The translations under genes were made by a program, and so were the position numbers. This document shows, piece after piece, positions 18,357-27,612 of a stretch of 32,000 bases of DNA. The notes under the pieces were generated by a model, which worked only from the letters and a program-made list of their open reading frames with translations, did no database searches and was not told where the DNA came from. The stretch spans positions 3,390,001 through 3,422,000 of the forward strand of contig NZ_CP065936.1 in assembly GCF_003367075.2 (NCBI RefSeq), written 5' to 3'. The first letter of the stretch is position 1. The number at the start of each line of letters is the position of its first letter. This DNA comes from Cylindrospermopsis raciborskii Cr2010 (GTDB lineage: Bacteria > Cyanobacteriota > Cyanobacteriia > Cyanobacteriales > Nostocaceae).

Positions 18357-18809
18357 ATGCACATTCAATTTCGAGAATTTAACCCCTTTGATGTCTGGAT
18401 TTGGTTTAAGTTTGGGACAATTCCCTCCCCGCAGGAAAAACAATATGTGGAAGAGGTTTTTAACTCCTGGTTTTATTTAGGGAAACTAGGAGGATTTAAC
18501 GCCGAGAACTTGCAAATACAAGAAACTGGTGTAGACCTAAACTACATAGATTATGATAGGGAAGGTTATAGTCGTTCCATGGTAGCTCTCATGCACAACA
18601 TGGGGGAATTTGAATATGAGGGAGAATGGGGAAGATGCTGGTTCGACCTAGGCACAAGCGATGCGATCGCATTAGACATTCTTTTGAATGCACTGTTGCA
18701 GTTAAATGAAGAGTATGTTGTGATAGAAATCCTATATATTGGGGGAGAAAACGAAGATTGGCCAGTAGAGAATGAGGAGATGCGTGCTTACTCAATTTAC
18801 GAGAACTAA
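18357..18809 (+). CDS. Conserved hypothetical protein (resembles the DUF3531 family from memory)
   Basis: 150 aa, acidic. The EKQYVEEVFNSWFYLGKLGGFNAENLQIQETG segment is one I recall as conserved in cyanobacteria and the plastid lineage. The family name is unverified. Confidence 0.6.
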   Translation: MHIQFREFNPFDVWIWFKFGTIPSPQEKQYVEEVFNSWFYLGKLGGFNAENLQIQETGVDLNYIDYDREGYSRSMVALMHNMGEFEYEGEWGRCWFDLGTSDAIALDILLNALLQLNEEYVVIEILYIGGENEDWPVENEEMRAYSIYEN

Positions 18810-18816
18810 AAGAAAG

Positions 18817-19248
18817 ATGAACAAACCAGGTGAGATTCGTGTTATAGTTCTAGCCCTAATCAGAGATGGGGAAAGAATATTTGTTTCCGAGGGATATGAT
18901 CCAACCAAGCAATCAACATTTTATCGAGCTTTAGGTGGAGGGATAGAATTCGGGGAAAGCAGTCGAATGGCATTAGCGAGGGAATTTCAAGAAGAAATTC
19001 AAGCCGAACTAACCAATATTAGCTATTTAGGTTGTATAGAAAACCTATTTATTTTTGATGGTAACCAGGGACATGAAATCATTCAACTTTACCAATGTGA
19101 CTTTGCTGACCCCAGATTTTATCAAATAGAAAGTCTCACCTTTTCAGAAACACCCCAGAAAAAACATCGCGCCCTCTGGGTAGAAATTAGTAAATTTAAA
19201 TCAGGAGAACTCAGATTAGTGCCAGAAATATTTTTTGACTACCTGTAA
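18817..19248 (+). CDS. NUDIX hydrolase
   Basis: Nudix box GGGIEFGESSRMALAREFQEEIQA (GX5EX7REUXEEXGU). Start trimmed to the ATG at 18817 (MNKPGEIRV...) to avoid overlap with the upstream gene. Confidence 0.85.
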   Translation: MNKPGEIRVIVLALIRDGERIFVSEGYDPTKQSTFYRALGGGIEFGESSRMALAREFQEEIQAELTNISYLGCIENLFIFDGNQGHEIIQLYQCDFADPRFYQIESLTFSETPQKKHRALWVEISKFKSGELRLVPEIFFDYL

Positions 19249-19298
19249 TTGCCATCTTCTCCTGAATCTCCAACTTGATATAGTAGAGTTTTATCATT

Positions 19299-19439
19299 GT
19301 GTCAAACTTATTCAAGACCAAGCCCAAACATACTCGAATTCAACGTCAGTTACTCATACTAATGTTAATCATTTTTGGCGGGAGTGTAGTCCTAGGATTT
19401 ATAATGGGTCTGCTCACCGGTATTCAACCCGTGACCTAA
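19299..19439 (+). CDS. Candidate small single-TM protein (46 aa), not in the ORF track
   Basis: Own translation from GTG 19299: (M)SNLFKTKPKHTRIQRQLLILMLIIFGGSVVLGFIMGLLTGIQPVT*. It has a basic N-terminus followed by one clean hydrophobic helix. No obvious RBS. Confidence 0.3.
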   Translation: MSNLFKTKPKHTRIQRQLLILMLIIFGGSVVLGFIMGLLTGIQPVT

Positions 19440-19615
19440 CCAGCTGGAAATCGATAATATTACCTAATTTAATGAGTTCCAGGAGCATACATTTTGTTTA
19501 TGAGATAGAATCTCTATAGGAGTATGTTGCTGGTAGAATGTAAAGGCTACACTAAGTAGCTCACCTGTCAAAACTCATCAGTCAACAATTAACACTTAAT
19601 ATTTGATAACTTGCC

Positions 19616-22411
19616 ATGCTAAAACTATTGTTGGGCGATCCCAACGCTCGTAAACTAAAAAAGTACCAACACTACATTACAGAAATTAATCTCTTAGAAG
19701 AAGATGTTAAATTACTCTCTGATGATGAGTTAAGGGGGAAAACTGCTGAGTTTAAACAAAGATTAAACAAAGGTGAAAGCTTAGAGGAGATTCTAGCAGA
19801 AGCTTTTGCAGTAGTAAGAGAAGCTTCTTCCAGAGTATTAGGGTTAAGACATTTTGATGTTCAGCTGGTAGGGGGAGTAATTCTCCACACAGGACAAATA
19901 GCAGAAATGAAAACCGGTGAAGGTAAAACCCTAGTAGCTACCTTACCCAGTTATTTAAATGCTTTAAGTAATAAAGGTGTTCATGTTGTTACTGTAAATG
20001 ATTATCTAGCTCGACGAGATGCGGAATGGATGGGTCAGATACACCGCTTCTTGGGAATGAGTGTGGGACTGATTCAGTCGACCATGATCCCCATAGAAAG
20101 GAAAAAAAATTACGACTGTGATATTACTTATGTAACCAACAGTGAAGTAGGTTTTGACTACCTGCGAGATAATATGGCCACATCCATGGAAGAAGTGGTG
20201 CAACGTCCATTTAATTATTGTGTAATCGACGAAGTGGATTCCATTCTCATTGATGAAGCGCGAACTCCCCTAATTATTTCTGGACAAGTAGAAAGACCAA
20301 CAGAAAAATACTTACAAGCAGCAGAAATTGCATTTACCCTTAAAAAAGACGATCACTACGAAGTGGATGAAAAAGCGCGGAATGTTCTTTTAACAGATGA
20401 TGGGTTTGCCGAAGCTGAGAATCTTTTAGGCGTAACCGATTTATTTGATCCAGAAAATCCCTGGGCCCATTTTGTCTTTAATGCTATTAAGGCGAAAGAA
20501 CTATTCCTCAAAGACGTGAATTATATCGTGCGCAATGGGGAAGTGGTAATTGTTGATGAATTTACTGGTCGGGTACTACCAGGAAGACGGTGGAGCGATG
20601 GTTTGCACCAAGCTATAGAAGCCAAAGAAAGAGTGGAAATTCAGCCTGAAACCCAAACCCTGGCAACCATTACCTACCAAAACCTATTTTTGCTTTATCC
20701 GAAATTAGCTGGAATGACAGGGACGGCCAAAACGGAAGAAGCGGAATTTGAAAAGATTTATAAATTAGAAGTAAGTGTTATTCCCACTCACCGCACCAGA
20801 AAACGTCAAGACCTATCCGACATGGTGTTTAAAACAGAACCGGGTAAATGGGGAGCCATTGCACGGGAATGTGAAGAAATGCACAAAGGTGGCAGACCGG
20901 TACTAGTAGGAACCACTAGTGTGGAAAAATCCGAACTGTTGAGCAGATTACTGCAAGAAAAGGGTATTCCTCACGAATTACTAAATGCTAGACCGGAAAA
21001 CGTAGAACGGGAAGCGGAAATTGTCGCCCAAGCTGGACGCAGGGGTGCAGTAACCATAGCTACTAATATGGCGGGACGAGGCACGGATATTATTTTAGGC
21101 GGTAACTCCGAATATATGGCTCGGTTGAAGTTACGGGAATATTTTATGCCTAGGATTGTGAGACCAGAAGATGATCAATTCAGCATTCAAAGAGCTTCAG
21201 GACTTCCTAGTGGAAATGGTAGTAATGGTAGTGGTCAGGGTTTTGTTCCCGGCAAAAAAAGCAAAAATTGGCGCGTATCTAGGGGGATTTTTCCCACTGA
21301 GTTATCCCAGGTAACTGAAAAACTATTAAAGGAAGCGGTTGAGGTAGCAGTTAATGCCTACGGTAGTCGCGCCTTATCGGAATTAGAAGCAGAAGATAAA
21401 GTAGCTATAGCTGCTGAAAAAGCACCTACGGATGATGCAGTAGTGCAAAAGTTAAGAGATGCTTACCAGACTATTAAACAAGAATATGAAAAATTTACTG
21501 ACGCTGAACATGTAGAAGTAGTAAACAATGGTGGACTCCATGTCATAGGTACAGAAAGGCATGAATCACGGCGGATTGATAACCAATTAAGAGGAAGATC
21601 GGGTAGACAAGGTGACCCGGGGACAACCAGATTTTTCCTGAGTCTGGAAGATAATTTACTGAGAATATTTGGTGGAGATCGGGTAGCTGGGTTAATGAAT
21701 GCGTTCCAAGTAGAGGAAGATATGCCCATTGAATCGGGTTTATTAACTCGTAGTTTGGAAGGTGCTCAGAAAAAGGTGGAAACCTATTACTATGACATTC
21801 GTAAGCAAGTGTTTGAATATGACGAAGTCATGAATAATCAACGTCGTGCTATTTATGCTGAACGTAGACGAGTTTTAGAAGGAGAAGATTTAAAAGAACA
21901 GGTCATCAAATATGCAGAAAAGACCATGGATGACATCGTGAATTATTATATTAACCCAGAATTACCCTCAGAAGAATGGGATTTAGAAAAGTTGGTGGGC
22001 AAGGTTAAGGAGTTTGTTTACTTATTAGCTGATATGCAACCCACCCAACTAGAGGATATGGGGGTAGGAGAAATTAAGGCTTTCCTTCATGAACAATCGC
22101 GTATTGCCTATGATATGAAAGAAGCAGAAATAGACCAAATTCAACCGGGTCTGATGCGACAAGCAGAACGATTCTTCATTTTACAGCGGATAGATACCTT
22201 ATGGCGAGAACATTTACAGCAGATGGATGCCCTGCGTGAATCTGTAGGGTTACGTGGTTACGGACAAAAAGATCCACTTATTGAGTACAAGAGCGAGGGA
22301 TACGAGTTGTTCTTAGACATGATGGTGAATATTCGCAGGGATGTGGTTTACTCCCTGTTTATGTTCCAACCGCAGCAACAACCCGCAGTCCAAACCTCTG
22401 AAATAGTCTAA
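19616..22411 (+). CDS. secA: Preprotein translocase ATPase SecA
   Basis: 931 aa. Contains [43 protein letters not shown] and [30 protein letters not shown]. Confidence 0.97.
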   Translation: MLKLLLGDPNARKLKKYQHYITEINLLEEDVKLLSDDELRGKTAEFKQRLNKGESLEEILAEAFAVVREASSRVLGLRHFDVQLVGGVILHTGQIAEMKTGEGKTLVATLPSYLNALSNKGVHVVTVNDYLARRDAEWMGQIHRFLGMSVGLIQSTMIPIERKKNYDCDITYVTNSEVGFDYLRDNMATSMEEVVQRPFNYCVIDEVDSILIDEARTPLIISGQVERPTEKYLQAAEIAFTLKKDDHYEVDEKARNVLLTDDGFAEAENLLGVTDLFDPENPWAHFVFNAIKAKELFLKDVNYIVRNGEVVIVDEFTGRVLPGRRWSDGLHQAIEAKERVEIQPETQTLATITYQNLFLLYPKLAGMTGTAKTEEAEFEKIYKLEVSVIPTHRTRKRQDLSDMVFKTEPGKWGAIARECEEMHKGGRPVLVGTTSVEKSELLSRLLQEKGIPHELLNARPENVEREAEIVAQAGRRGAVTIATNMAGRGTDIILGGNSEYMARLKLREYFMPRIVRPEDDQFSIQRASGLPSGNGSNGSGQGFVPGKKSKNWRVSRGIFPTELSQVTEKLLKEAVEVAVNAYGSRALSELEAEDKVAIAAEKAPTDDAVVQKLRDAYQTIKQEYEKFTDAEHVEVVNNGGLHVIGTERHESRRIDNQLRGRSGRQGDPGTTRFFLSLEDNLLRIFGGDRVAGLMNAFQVEEDMPIESGLLTRSLEGAQKKVETYYYDIRKQVFEYDEVMNNQRRAIYAERRRVLEGEDLKEQVIKYAEKTMDDIVNYYINPELPSEEWDLEKLVGKVKEFVYLLADMQPTQLEDMGVGEIKAFLHEQSRIAYDMKEAEIDQIQPGLMRQAERFFILQRIDTLWREHLQQMDALRESVGLRGYGQKDPLIEYKSEGYELFLDMMVNIRRDVVYSLFMFQPQQQPAVQTSEIV

Positions 22412-22442
22412 CCGTTCCCTGTCCCCCTTTCCCTCATCCCAC

Positions 22443-22679
22443 TTAGTAAGTGTTTAAATTAATACCAGCTTCCTTGGCCATTGCTTCCAAACCTTTGGTA
22501 TCAAGAGTTTTAATTGCTTTGGTAGAAAGTTTCAACTTTACCCAACGGTTACCAGCGGGCCACCAAACCCTCTTAGTTTGTAAATTAGGTTGCTGTAAAC
22601 GTCTGGTACGACGGTGAGAGTGGGAAACGGACATGGCATTATTAGCCTTTTTACCTGTGAGTTCGCAACGACGAGACAT
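22443..22679 (-). CDS. rpmB: 50S ribosomal protein L28
   Basis: 78 aa: [34 protein letters not shown]... Confidence 0.93.
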   Translation of the reverse strand: MSRRCELTGKKANNAMSVSHSHRRTRRLQQPNLQTKRVWWPAGNRWVKLKLSTKAIKTLDTKGLEAMAKEAGINLNTY

Positions 22680-22749
22680 TCAAAACCTCCAAACTTTATG
22701 AATTTAGACACAGTTTACCCATTATAAACCATCAAATTATAGTTTCCCC

Positions 22750-23676
22750 ATGGACGAAGAATTTATTATCCCTCAAGCACCCGCTAACTTTAAGTCTGGA
22801 TTTATTGGCATTATTGGTCGTCCTAATGTGGGTAAGTCAACCTTAATGAACCAGTTAATAGGACAAAAAATAGCTATCACATCACCAGTAGCGCAAACTA
22901 CTAGAAATCGCTTGAGGGGAATTTTAACTAGGGAGAAAGCCCAGTTGATTTTTGTTGATACCCCCGGGATTCATAAACCCCATCATCCCTTGGGAGAGGT
23001 GCTAGTACAAAATGCTAAAATCGCCATTACATCGGTGGATGTGGTGTTGTTTGTGGTAGATGGCACAGCAGTCTGTGGAGGAGGCGATCGCTTTATTGTT
23101 GACTTATTAACCAAATGTGAAATTCCCGTTATTATGGGTATTAATAAAATAGATCAACAACCAGCAGAAGCTGAGAAAATAGATGAAAGTTATAGGGAAT
23201 TAGCTCAAGGGAACGGGTGGGAAATTGTTAAATTTTCAGCCTTAGAGAACCAAGGAATATTAGAATTAGAGACCTTATTAATTGGATATCTGGAAACTGG
23301 ACCTTTGTATTATCCACCAGATTTAGTCACCGATCAACCAGAAAGATTTATTATGGGGGAATTAATCCGGGAACAGATTTTATTATTGACCCGAGAAGAA
23401 GTTCCTCACTCAGTGGCGATCGCCATTGATTTAGTGGAAGAGAACCCAACAATTACCCGTGTTGTGGCCACAATTAATGTAGAAAGGGACTCCCAAAAAG
23501 GGATATTAATTGGTAAAGGGGGGACAATGTTAAAATCAATTGGTACTGTGGCCCGTCAACAGATTCAAAAATTGATTGCTGGTAAAGTTCATTTGGAATT
23601 ATTTGTCAAAGTCCAACCAAAGTGGCGACATTCGCGGTTAAGGTTAGCAGAACTAGGATATAGGGTAGAAGAGTAG
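22750..23676 (+). CDS. era: GTPase Era
   Basis: 308 aa. Contains GRPNVGKST, DTPG, NKID, and the KH domain GKGGTMLKSIG. Confidence 0.95.
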   Translation: MDEEFIIPQAPANFKSGFIGIIGRPNVGKSTLMNQLIGQKIAITSPVAQTTRNRLRGILTREKAQLIFVDTPGIHKPHHPLGEVLVQNAKIAITSVDVVLFVVDGTAVCGGGDRFIVDLLTKCEIPVIMGINKIDQQPAEAEKIDESYRELAQGNGWEIVKFSALENQGILELETLLIGYLETGPLYYPPDLVTDQPERFIMGELIREQILLLTREEVPHSVAIAIDLVEENPTITRVVATINVERDSQKGILIGKGGTMLKSIGTVARQQIQKLIAGKVHLELFVKVQPKWRHSRLRLAELGYRVEE

Positions 23677-23747
23677 GGAGGGTTAATTCCCCAGTAACCC
23701 ATAACAGAAAGCCATAAAAAATAAGAATGTAGTTGGGAGTTTAACAA

Positions 23748-25019
23748 ATGTGGCAACGAATGATCAATGCTTTGACCAAGTGGTTGACCAAAATTAAAAA
23801 CTTGCTTTTTAAAAACAAACCGCCTGCAGAAAAAAAAGAACGTCCAAAAGTTAGTGAATATACTGCCACCAAAGGCCCAGAAAGTAGTTCAGAACCTCCA
23901 TCCTCAAAGCCTCCCAATAAAAAGAGGGTAAGAGATCCATTTGCCAATGCTCGTGGCCAAAATATTCTTTTTACCAAGGGAGTTTTATTTGAGGATCCCC
24001 AACCTGAAATAAATTCCTTGCAAAAAAAAGTCCTAGAAATCTTATTTTCTGTATTTAACTTATCGATAAAAGAGGATGACATTTATGTAGCTTACTTTCC
24101 CTCCCGTTTACTTTATTATATTGAGAAACAAGATTGTTTTTCAGCCTTCCGACGATTTCTCAATGATATTGGCAGAACACCTGATGAAGTTTTTAAAAAC
24201 CCTAAAACAGCTACCTTTATTAAAGATATCATACTAGGTCTCTACGAAGCTGATATTAACTGTTGGGATACTGGAATTAGTACCGAGCCTTTATATCAAC
24301 ATTTAAGAGAAACTGCTGCAAATGTTGATTATAATTTGGAGAGTTTTATCAACCTGCTAAGTCGAATAGAGAAATTGGCAATTTTGATTCACCAACTACA
24401 AAGAATTGCCGGGCAAATTCCCTTCGACTCATTTAGAAAGTTTTCTCAAACAGTCAACTCAAGTTTAAAATCTTGGCATACTTTGTCAGACACAACTTTC
24501 GATCAATGGACAAATTCACTCAATGACTACAAATCACAATTTAGGGACTATCAGTATTTTTCTGAAGTAATTGACCAAAACTGCTTTAGACTCAGAAGTA
24601 CTATGGCTGTAATACCACAAGAGATAATCAATGTCATTGAGAATTTATTAGAAGAAGTAGAACAACTTAAACAGAAACTGAAAATTGGATCAATTTCCAT
24701 AAACGAAGGACTAGGTGAACTGGGAACCTTAGCGAGTGAAATCAAGGGGTTTGTTGATGAAGTTTTGCATCGTAACCAAGAAACTAACAGTTCAAGAAAA
24801 GAGGATTTTGCATATACAAGCAACACATTATCTCTTGATGAAGCATTCAGGTTACTAAATTTAACTCGTGAAACAATATCAATGAAATTACTCAAAACAG
24901 CACGCAACAAATGTGCAAGAGACTACCACCCTGACATGGGTGGGGATGTAAACATGATGAAAAGAATTAATGAAGCTTACGAAATATTAAAAGATTACCT
25001 AGAAAATCGACATACTTAA
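23748..25019 (+). CDS. Protein with a C-terminal J (DnaJ) domain and an uncharacterised about 350-aa N-terminal region
   Basis: The last about 65 aa, LSLDEAFRLLNLTRETISMKLLKTARNKCARDYHPDMGGDVNMMKRINEAYEILKDYL, contain the HPD tripeptide with the helix II/III pattern of J domains. The N-terminus has a K/P/S-rich low-complexity segment followed by helical sequence with no motif I recognise. Confidence 0.75.
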   Translation: MWQRMINALTKWLTKIKNLLFKNKPPAEKKERPKVSEYTATKGPESSSEPPSSKPPNKKRVRDPFANARGQNILFTKGVLFEDPQPEINSLQKKVLEILFSVFNLSIKEDDIYVAYFPSRLLYYIEKQDCFSAFRRFLNDIGRTPDEVFKNPKTATFIKDIILGLYEADINCWDTGISTEPLYQHLRETAANVDYNLESFINLLSRIEKLAILIHQLQRIAGQIPFDSFRKFSQTVNSSLKSWHTLSDTTFDQWTNSLNDYKSQFRDYQYFSEVIDQNCFRLRSTMAVIPQEIINVIENLLEEVEQLKQKLKIGSISINEGLGELGTLASEIKGFVDEVLHRNQETNSSRKEDFAYTSNTLSLDEAFRLLNLTRETISMKLLKTARNKCARDYHPDMGGDVNMMKRINEAYEILKDYLENRHT

Positions 25020-25027
25020 GCCCAATC

Positions 25028-25100
25028 TACGAAAATCTATTGCTGTTGATTGTTGATAACCCTACCTTTCATTGTGGTAGTCAGATTGCTCAGTATTTAT
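25028..25100 (+). repeat. Copy 1 of an about 75-nt direct repeat: transposase-gene debris
   Basis: tacgaaaatctattgct...gattgttgataaccctacctttcattgtggtagtcagattgctcagtatttat. It is similar to 25540-25617 with several substitutions and a small indel. Confidence 0.7.
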
Positions 25101-25398
25101 TGTGATTTGTAAATCACGGTCAAAAAGCGCTTTTGGTGAGGAGATCTGCTGCGCACCAATTTTTTTCAATGGTGGGGGTTGACTATTGACCCTTGGACGT
25201 GATACCCTGATAATGGAAATTTGTGCATTTTTTTTACAACTGCTTACACTCCATTATACTTAACCCTCATAATACCACATTTTTATCCCCTCGGCCACAA
25301 AAAAACTTATCTCATCCCCCCATAAATATAATTTTTTCTTATTATTTATTCCTATATATATATACATGAATGTAGATAGATAAGATTGAGCGCCTTTT

Positions 25399-25480
25399 GT
25401 AGGTTAGGTTGACATCGAGAAACCCAACGTCAATCATTTAAACAAAAAGAGCTATCTCGCGAGTGCTTCGCAATCGCATT
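25399..25480. repeat. Solitary copy of the M3-like and inverted M1-like hairpin modules
   Basis: gtaggttaggttgacatcgagaaacccaacgtcaatc resembles M3 (gtaggttgggttgaggaacgaaacccaacaaaccaac). ctcgcgagtgcttcgcaatcgc is the reverse complement of the M1 core gcgattgcgaagcactc. Confidence 0.65.
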
Positions 25481-25539
25481 CCTTTTGTGATTAATTAGTT
25501 TCCTCGCTAACTCGTGGGTCTTCCCATGAGTTACAATGC

Positions 25540-25617
25540 TACAAAAATCTATTGCTACGTGGGTGATTGTTGATAACGCTACCTTTCATCGTGGTGGTCA
25601 GATTGCTCAATATTTAT
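25540..25617 (+). repeat. Copy 2 of the about 75-nt direct repeat; reads as a DDE-transposase C-terminal fragment
   Basis: Translation SIATWVIVDNATFHRGGQIAQYL* contains a DNAxFH-type segment, as in IS630/Tc1-mariner-like transposases. Only about 25 codons, so the assignment is tentative. Confidence 0.45.
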
Positions 25618-25700
25618 AAAGTCTAGTTTATACTGGTTACTTCTTGATGAAACTGTCTTAACAAATCTTAACATACTTTACTTCTTAACAGGTGTTCAAA

Positions 25701-25728
25701 TTGATTAGAATAAAAAAAGACGTATTAT
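25701..25728 (+). promoter_or_regulatory. Candidate sigma70-type promoter for the vWA operon
   Basis: TTGATT (25701-25706), a 16-nt spacer, then TATTAT (25723-25728). It would give a very short leader before the ATG at 25744, and no SD is visible. Confidence 0.25.
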
Positions 25729-25743
25729 CTGCTACTACTTAAA

Positions 25744-26487
25744 ATGTCTCAAGATCCTTTTAAAAGTTCTCTGGATCACATCAAGACTAGAGATAAACAG
25801 TCACTTACACGGGAACCGAGAACCTATGACCAGCTAATTGCAAAATATGCCAAACCCATACGGATTATGGGTTTGGTAGATGCAACAGGTTCCATGAAAC
25901 CCGTGTGGGATAAAACCCTGGAGAGCATACAAGAATTAATCCGTCGAATCTTAGAAGCAGGAAGGATGGAGCTATCTTGGGTTGCTTATCGAGATTACTG
26001 TGATCATCACAGAATTATTGAGCAGAGTGATTGGAGTAGCTCAGTGGAATACTTCAAAACCTTCATGGACAAAATTAGTTGTAATGGTGGTGGAGATTTC
26101 CCAGAAGCAGTGGAAAAAGCATTAGAAGTTGCTATTGAAGAATTTGATGTTTCTAGAGTTATTCTTATTGGGGATGCACCTCCTCATGAGGATAAAGATT
26201 ATCGAGGTCAAGCAATTGAACTAGGAAAACTAAATAGACCCGTGTTCAGCTTTGTAGTTGGCAATCATCCCGATACACAAAGAACCTTTGGGGAGATTTC
26301 CGAGCTTTCTAGTGGGGTTTGTTTTAATCTAGAAAACCACGAAGATATTGTGGACTTAATTGCAGTTACCGTGATAGATCAAATTGGGGGACAAAAATCC
26401 TTAGGTAAGTACCTAAATTCCTATGGATCCAGTTTATCTCCCAGCGTGAAAAAATTTATTCAGCAGCTTCCTCCTAGCAAAAATTAG
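25744..26487 (+). CDS. Cytoplasmic von Willebrand factor type A (vWA) domain protein with a MIDAS-like motif
   Basis: 247 aa with no signal peptide or TM. Beta-strand plus motif pattern: IRIMGLVDATGSM (DxTxS, D46/T48/S50), LSWVAYRDY, CNGGGDFPEAVEKAL, and RVILIGDAPPH (D144). Confidence 0.75.
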   Translation: MSQDPFKSSLDHIKTRDKQSLTREPRTYDQLIAKYAKPIRIMGLVDATGSMKPVWDKTLESIQELIRRILEAGRMELSWVAYRDYCDHHRIIEQSDWSSSVEYFKTFMDKISCNGGGDFPEAVEKALEVAIEEFDVSRVILIGDAPPHEDKDYRGQAIELGKLNRPVFSFVVGNHPDTQRTFGEISELSSGVCFNLENHEDIVDLIAVTVIDQIGGQKSLGKYLNSYGSSLSPSVKKFIQQLPPSKN

Positions 26488-26508
26488 AAATTAACTGAAA
26501 CTTCAATT

Positions 26509-27612
26509 ATGACCTCAACTATGACTTCAATGAAAAACTTTAAAATCTGGTATTTGGGCGGAATAGTTTTGTCAATAGTGTTGACAGTATTCGCTCATGT
26601 TAATCAGAACAATGAGCTGAGTCCATTAATACTTGTGTTTGGTGTTGGACATGTTTTAATCTTGGCTATTATGGGGTTTAGAATTCAAAAGTCCAAGGAT
26701 AGAGCTGCAGCTGGTTTAAGAGTGCAAACATCTGGTTATCTTCATACCCTGATAGGATTTAGTGCTGCTTTATTTCAACTAGATCCTGAAAATTTACTAG
26801 CAACAATTGTGGTTCCTTTAAGTTATGCTCTATTTACCAGTATTGTTGGTTGGTGTTTGGGTGGAGAATTGGTAAATGAATTCCATGAACAATCAGGAGA
26901 TCCTATTACTAATGAGTCCGAAAAGCTTGCTCAAGAATTTAGAAATTTTGCAGATTCTTTGACTGTAATTCACAGAAGATATGCCCAAGAAATAAGCAAT
27001 GCTTCTGAATCTTTTCAAGATCATCTACAAAGGGTAGCAGTAGCTTATGAAAGAATGCTGGATACCTATGAACTTCAACTTAATAGATTGAATAAAAAAC
27101 ACTCAGAATTATCCGAGCAACTAGAAACTTCTCAACAGAAATTCATTGATACTCAGAGTAGATACTATCAAAAACACTCAGAATTATCCGAGCAACTAGA
27201 AACTTCTCAACAAAGGTTTATCGATAATCAGAATAGGTACTATCTGCAAATGGAGAATGCTATTGAAGCTCAACTTAGTAGATTGATTGCAAAACACTCG
27301 GAATTATATAATCAACTAGATAATCAATTAGAAACTTCTCAACAAAGGTTTGTCGATAGCCAAAATAGATGCTATGTTCAAATGGAAGGTGCCATTAATT
27401 ATTTTACTAGTATCTTATCCGGAGAAAAAATATCTTATTTCGCTAGCAGTTTTGCATCCCTAAATGAACAGACAAATTTCGCATCCCAAAGTATGGAAAA
27501 AGTGGCAATCTCATCTAAAAATGTGTCTAGATACTTGGATAATAGCAAAGTTTTAATCGAGGAACTGGAAAATTTACTTAATTTAATTAGCTCTTACCGG
27601 AGGACAAGTTAG
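26509..27612 (+). CDS. 4-TM MotA/ExbB/TolQ-like membrane protein with a long C-terminal coiled-coil tail (ZorA-like architecture)
   Basis: 367 aa. TM1 IWYLGGIVLSIVLTVFAHV, TM2 LSPLILVFGVGHVLILAIMGF, basic loop RIQKSKDRAAAGLR, TM3 GYLHTLIGFSAALFQL, TM4 IVVPLSYALFTSIVGWCLGG. The TM3/TM4 pattern resembles GLLGTVxG...ALxTTxxGL of MotA/ExbB. It is followed by about 240 aa of heptad-rich sequence with 25-aa repeats, and its stop overlaps the start of an OmpA/MotB-like gene. Confidence 0.55.
   Translation: MTSTMTSMKNFKIWYLGGIVLSIVLTVFAHVNQNNELSPLILVFGVGHVLILAIMGFRIQKSKDRAAAGLRVQTSGYLHTLIGFSAALFQLDPENLLATIVVPLSYALFTSIVGWCLGGELVNEFHEQSGDPITNESEKLAQEFRNFADSLTVIHRRYAQEISNASESFQDHLQRVAVAYERMLDTYELQLNRLNKKHSELSEQLETSQQKFIDTQSRYYQKHSELSEQLETSQQRFIDNQNRYYLQMENAIEAQLSRLIAKHSELYNQLDNQLETSQQRFVDSQNRCYVQMEGAINYFTSILSGEKISYFASSFASLNEQTNFASQSMEKVAISSKNVSRYLDNSKVLIEELENLLNLISSYRRTS
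27097..27378 (+). repeat. Internal 75-nt (25-aa) repeats in the coiled-coil tail
   Basis: KHSELSEQLETSQQKFIDTQSRYYQ (27097-27171) and KHSELSEQLETSQQRFIDNQNRYYL (27172-27246) are adjacent. A third, diverged copy, KHSELYNQLDNQLETSQQRFVDSQNRCYV, lies at 27292-27378. The flanks QLNRLNK and QLSRLIA are also related. Confidence 0.85.

Noticed and set aside
19235-19519. A 94-aa ORF upstream of secA.
   Set aside because: It overlaps the NUDIX stop and has a Cys/His/Asn-rich composition with no motif. A different frame contains a more protein-like small TM ORF.
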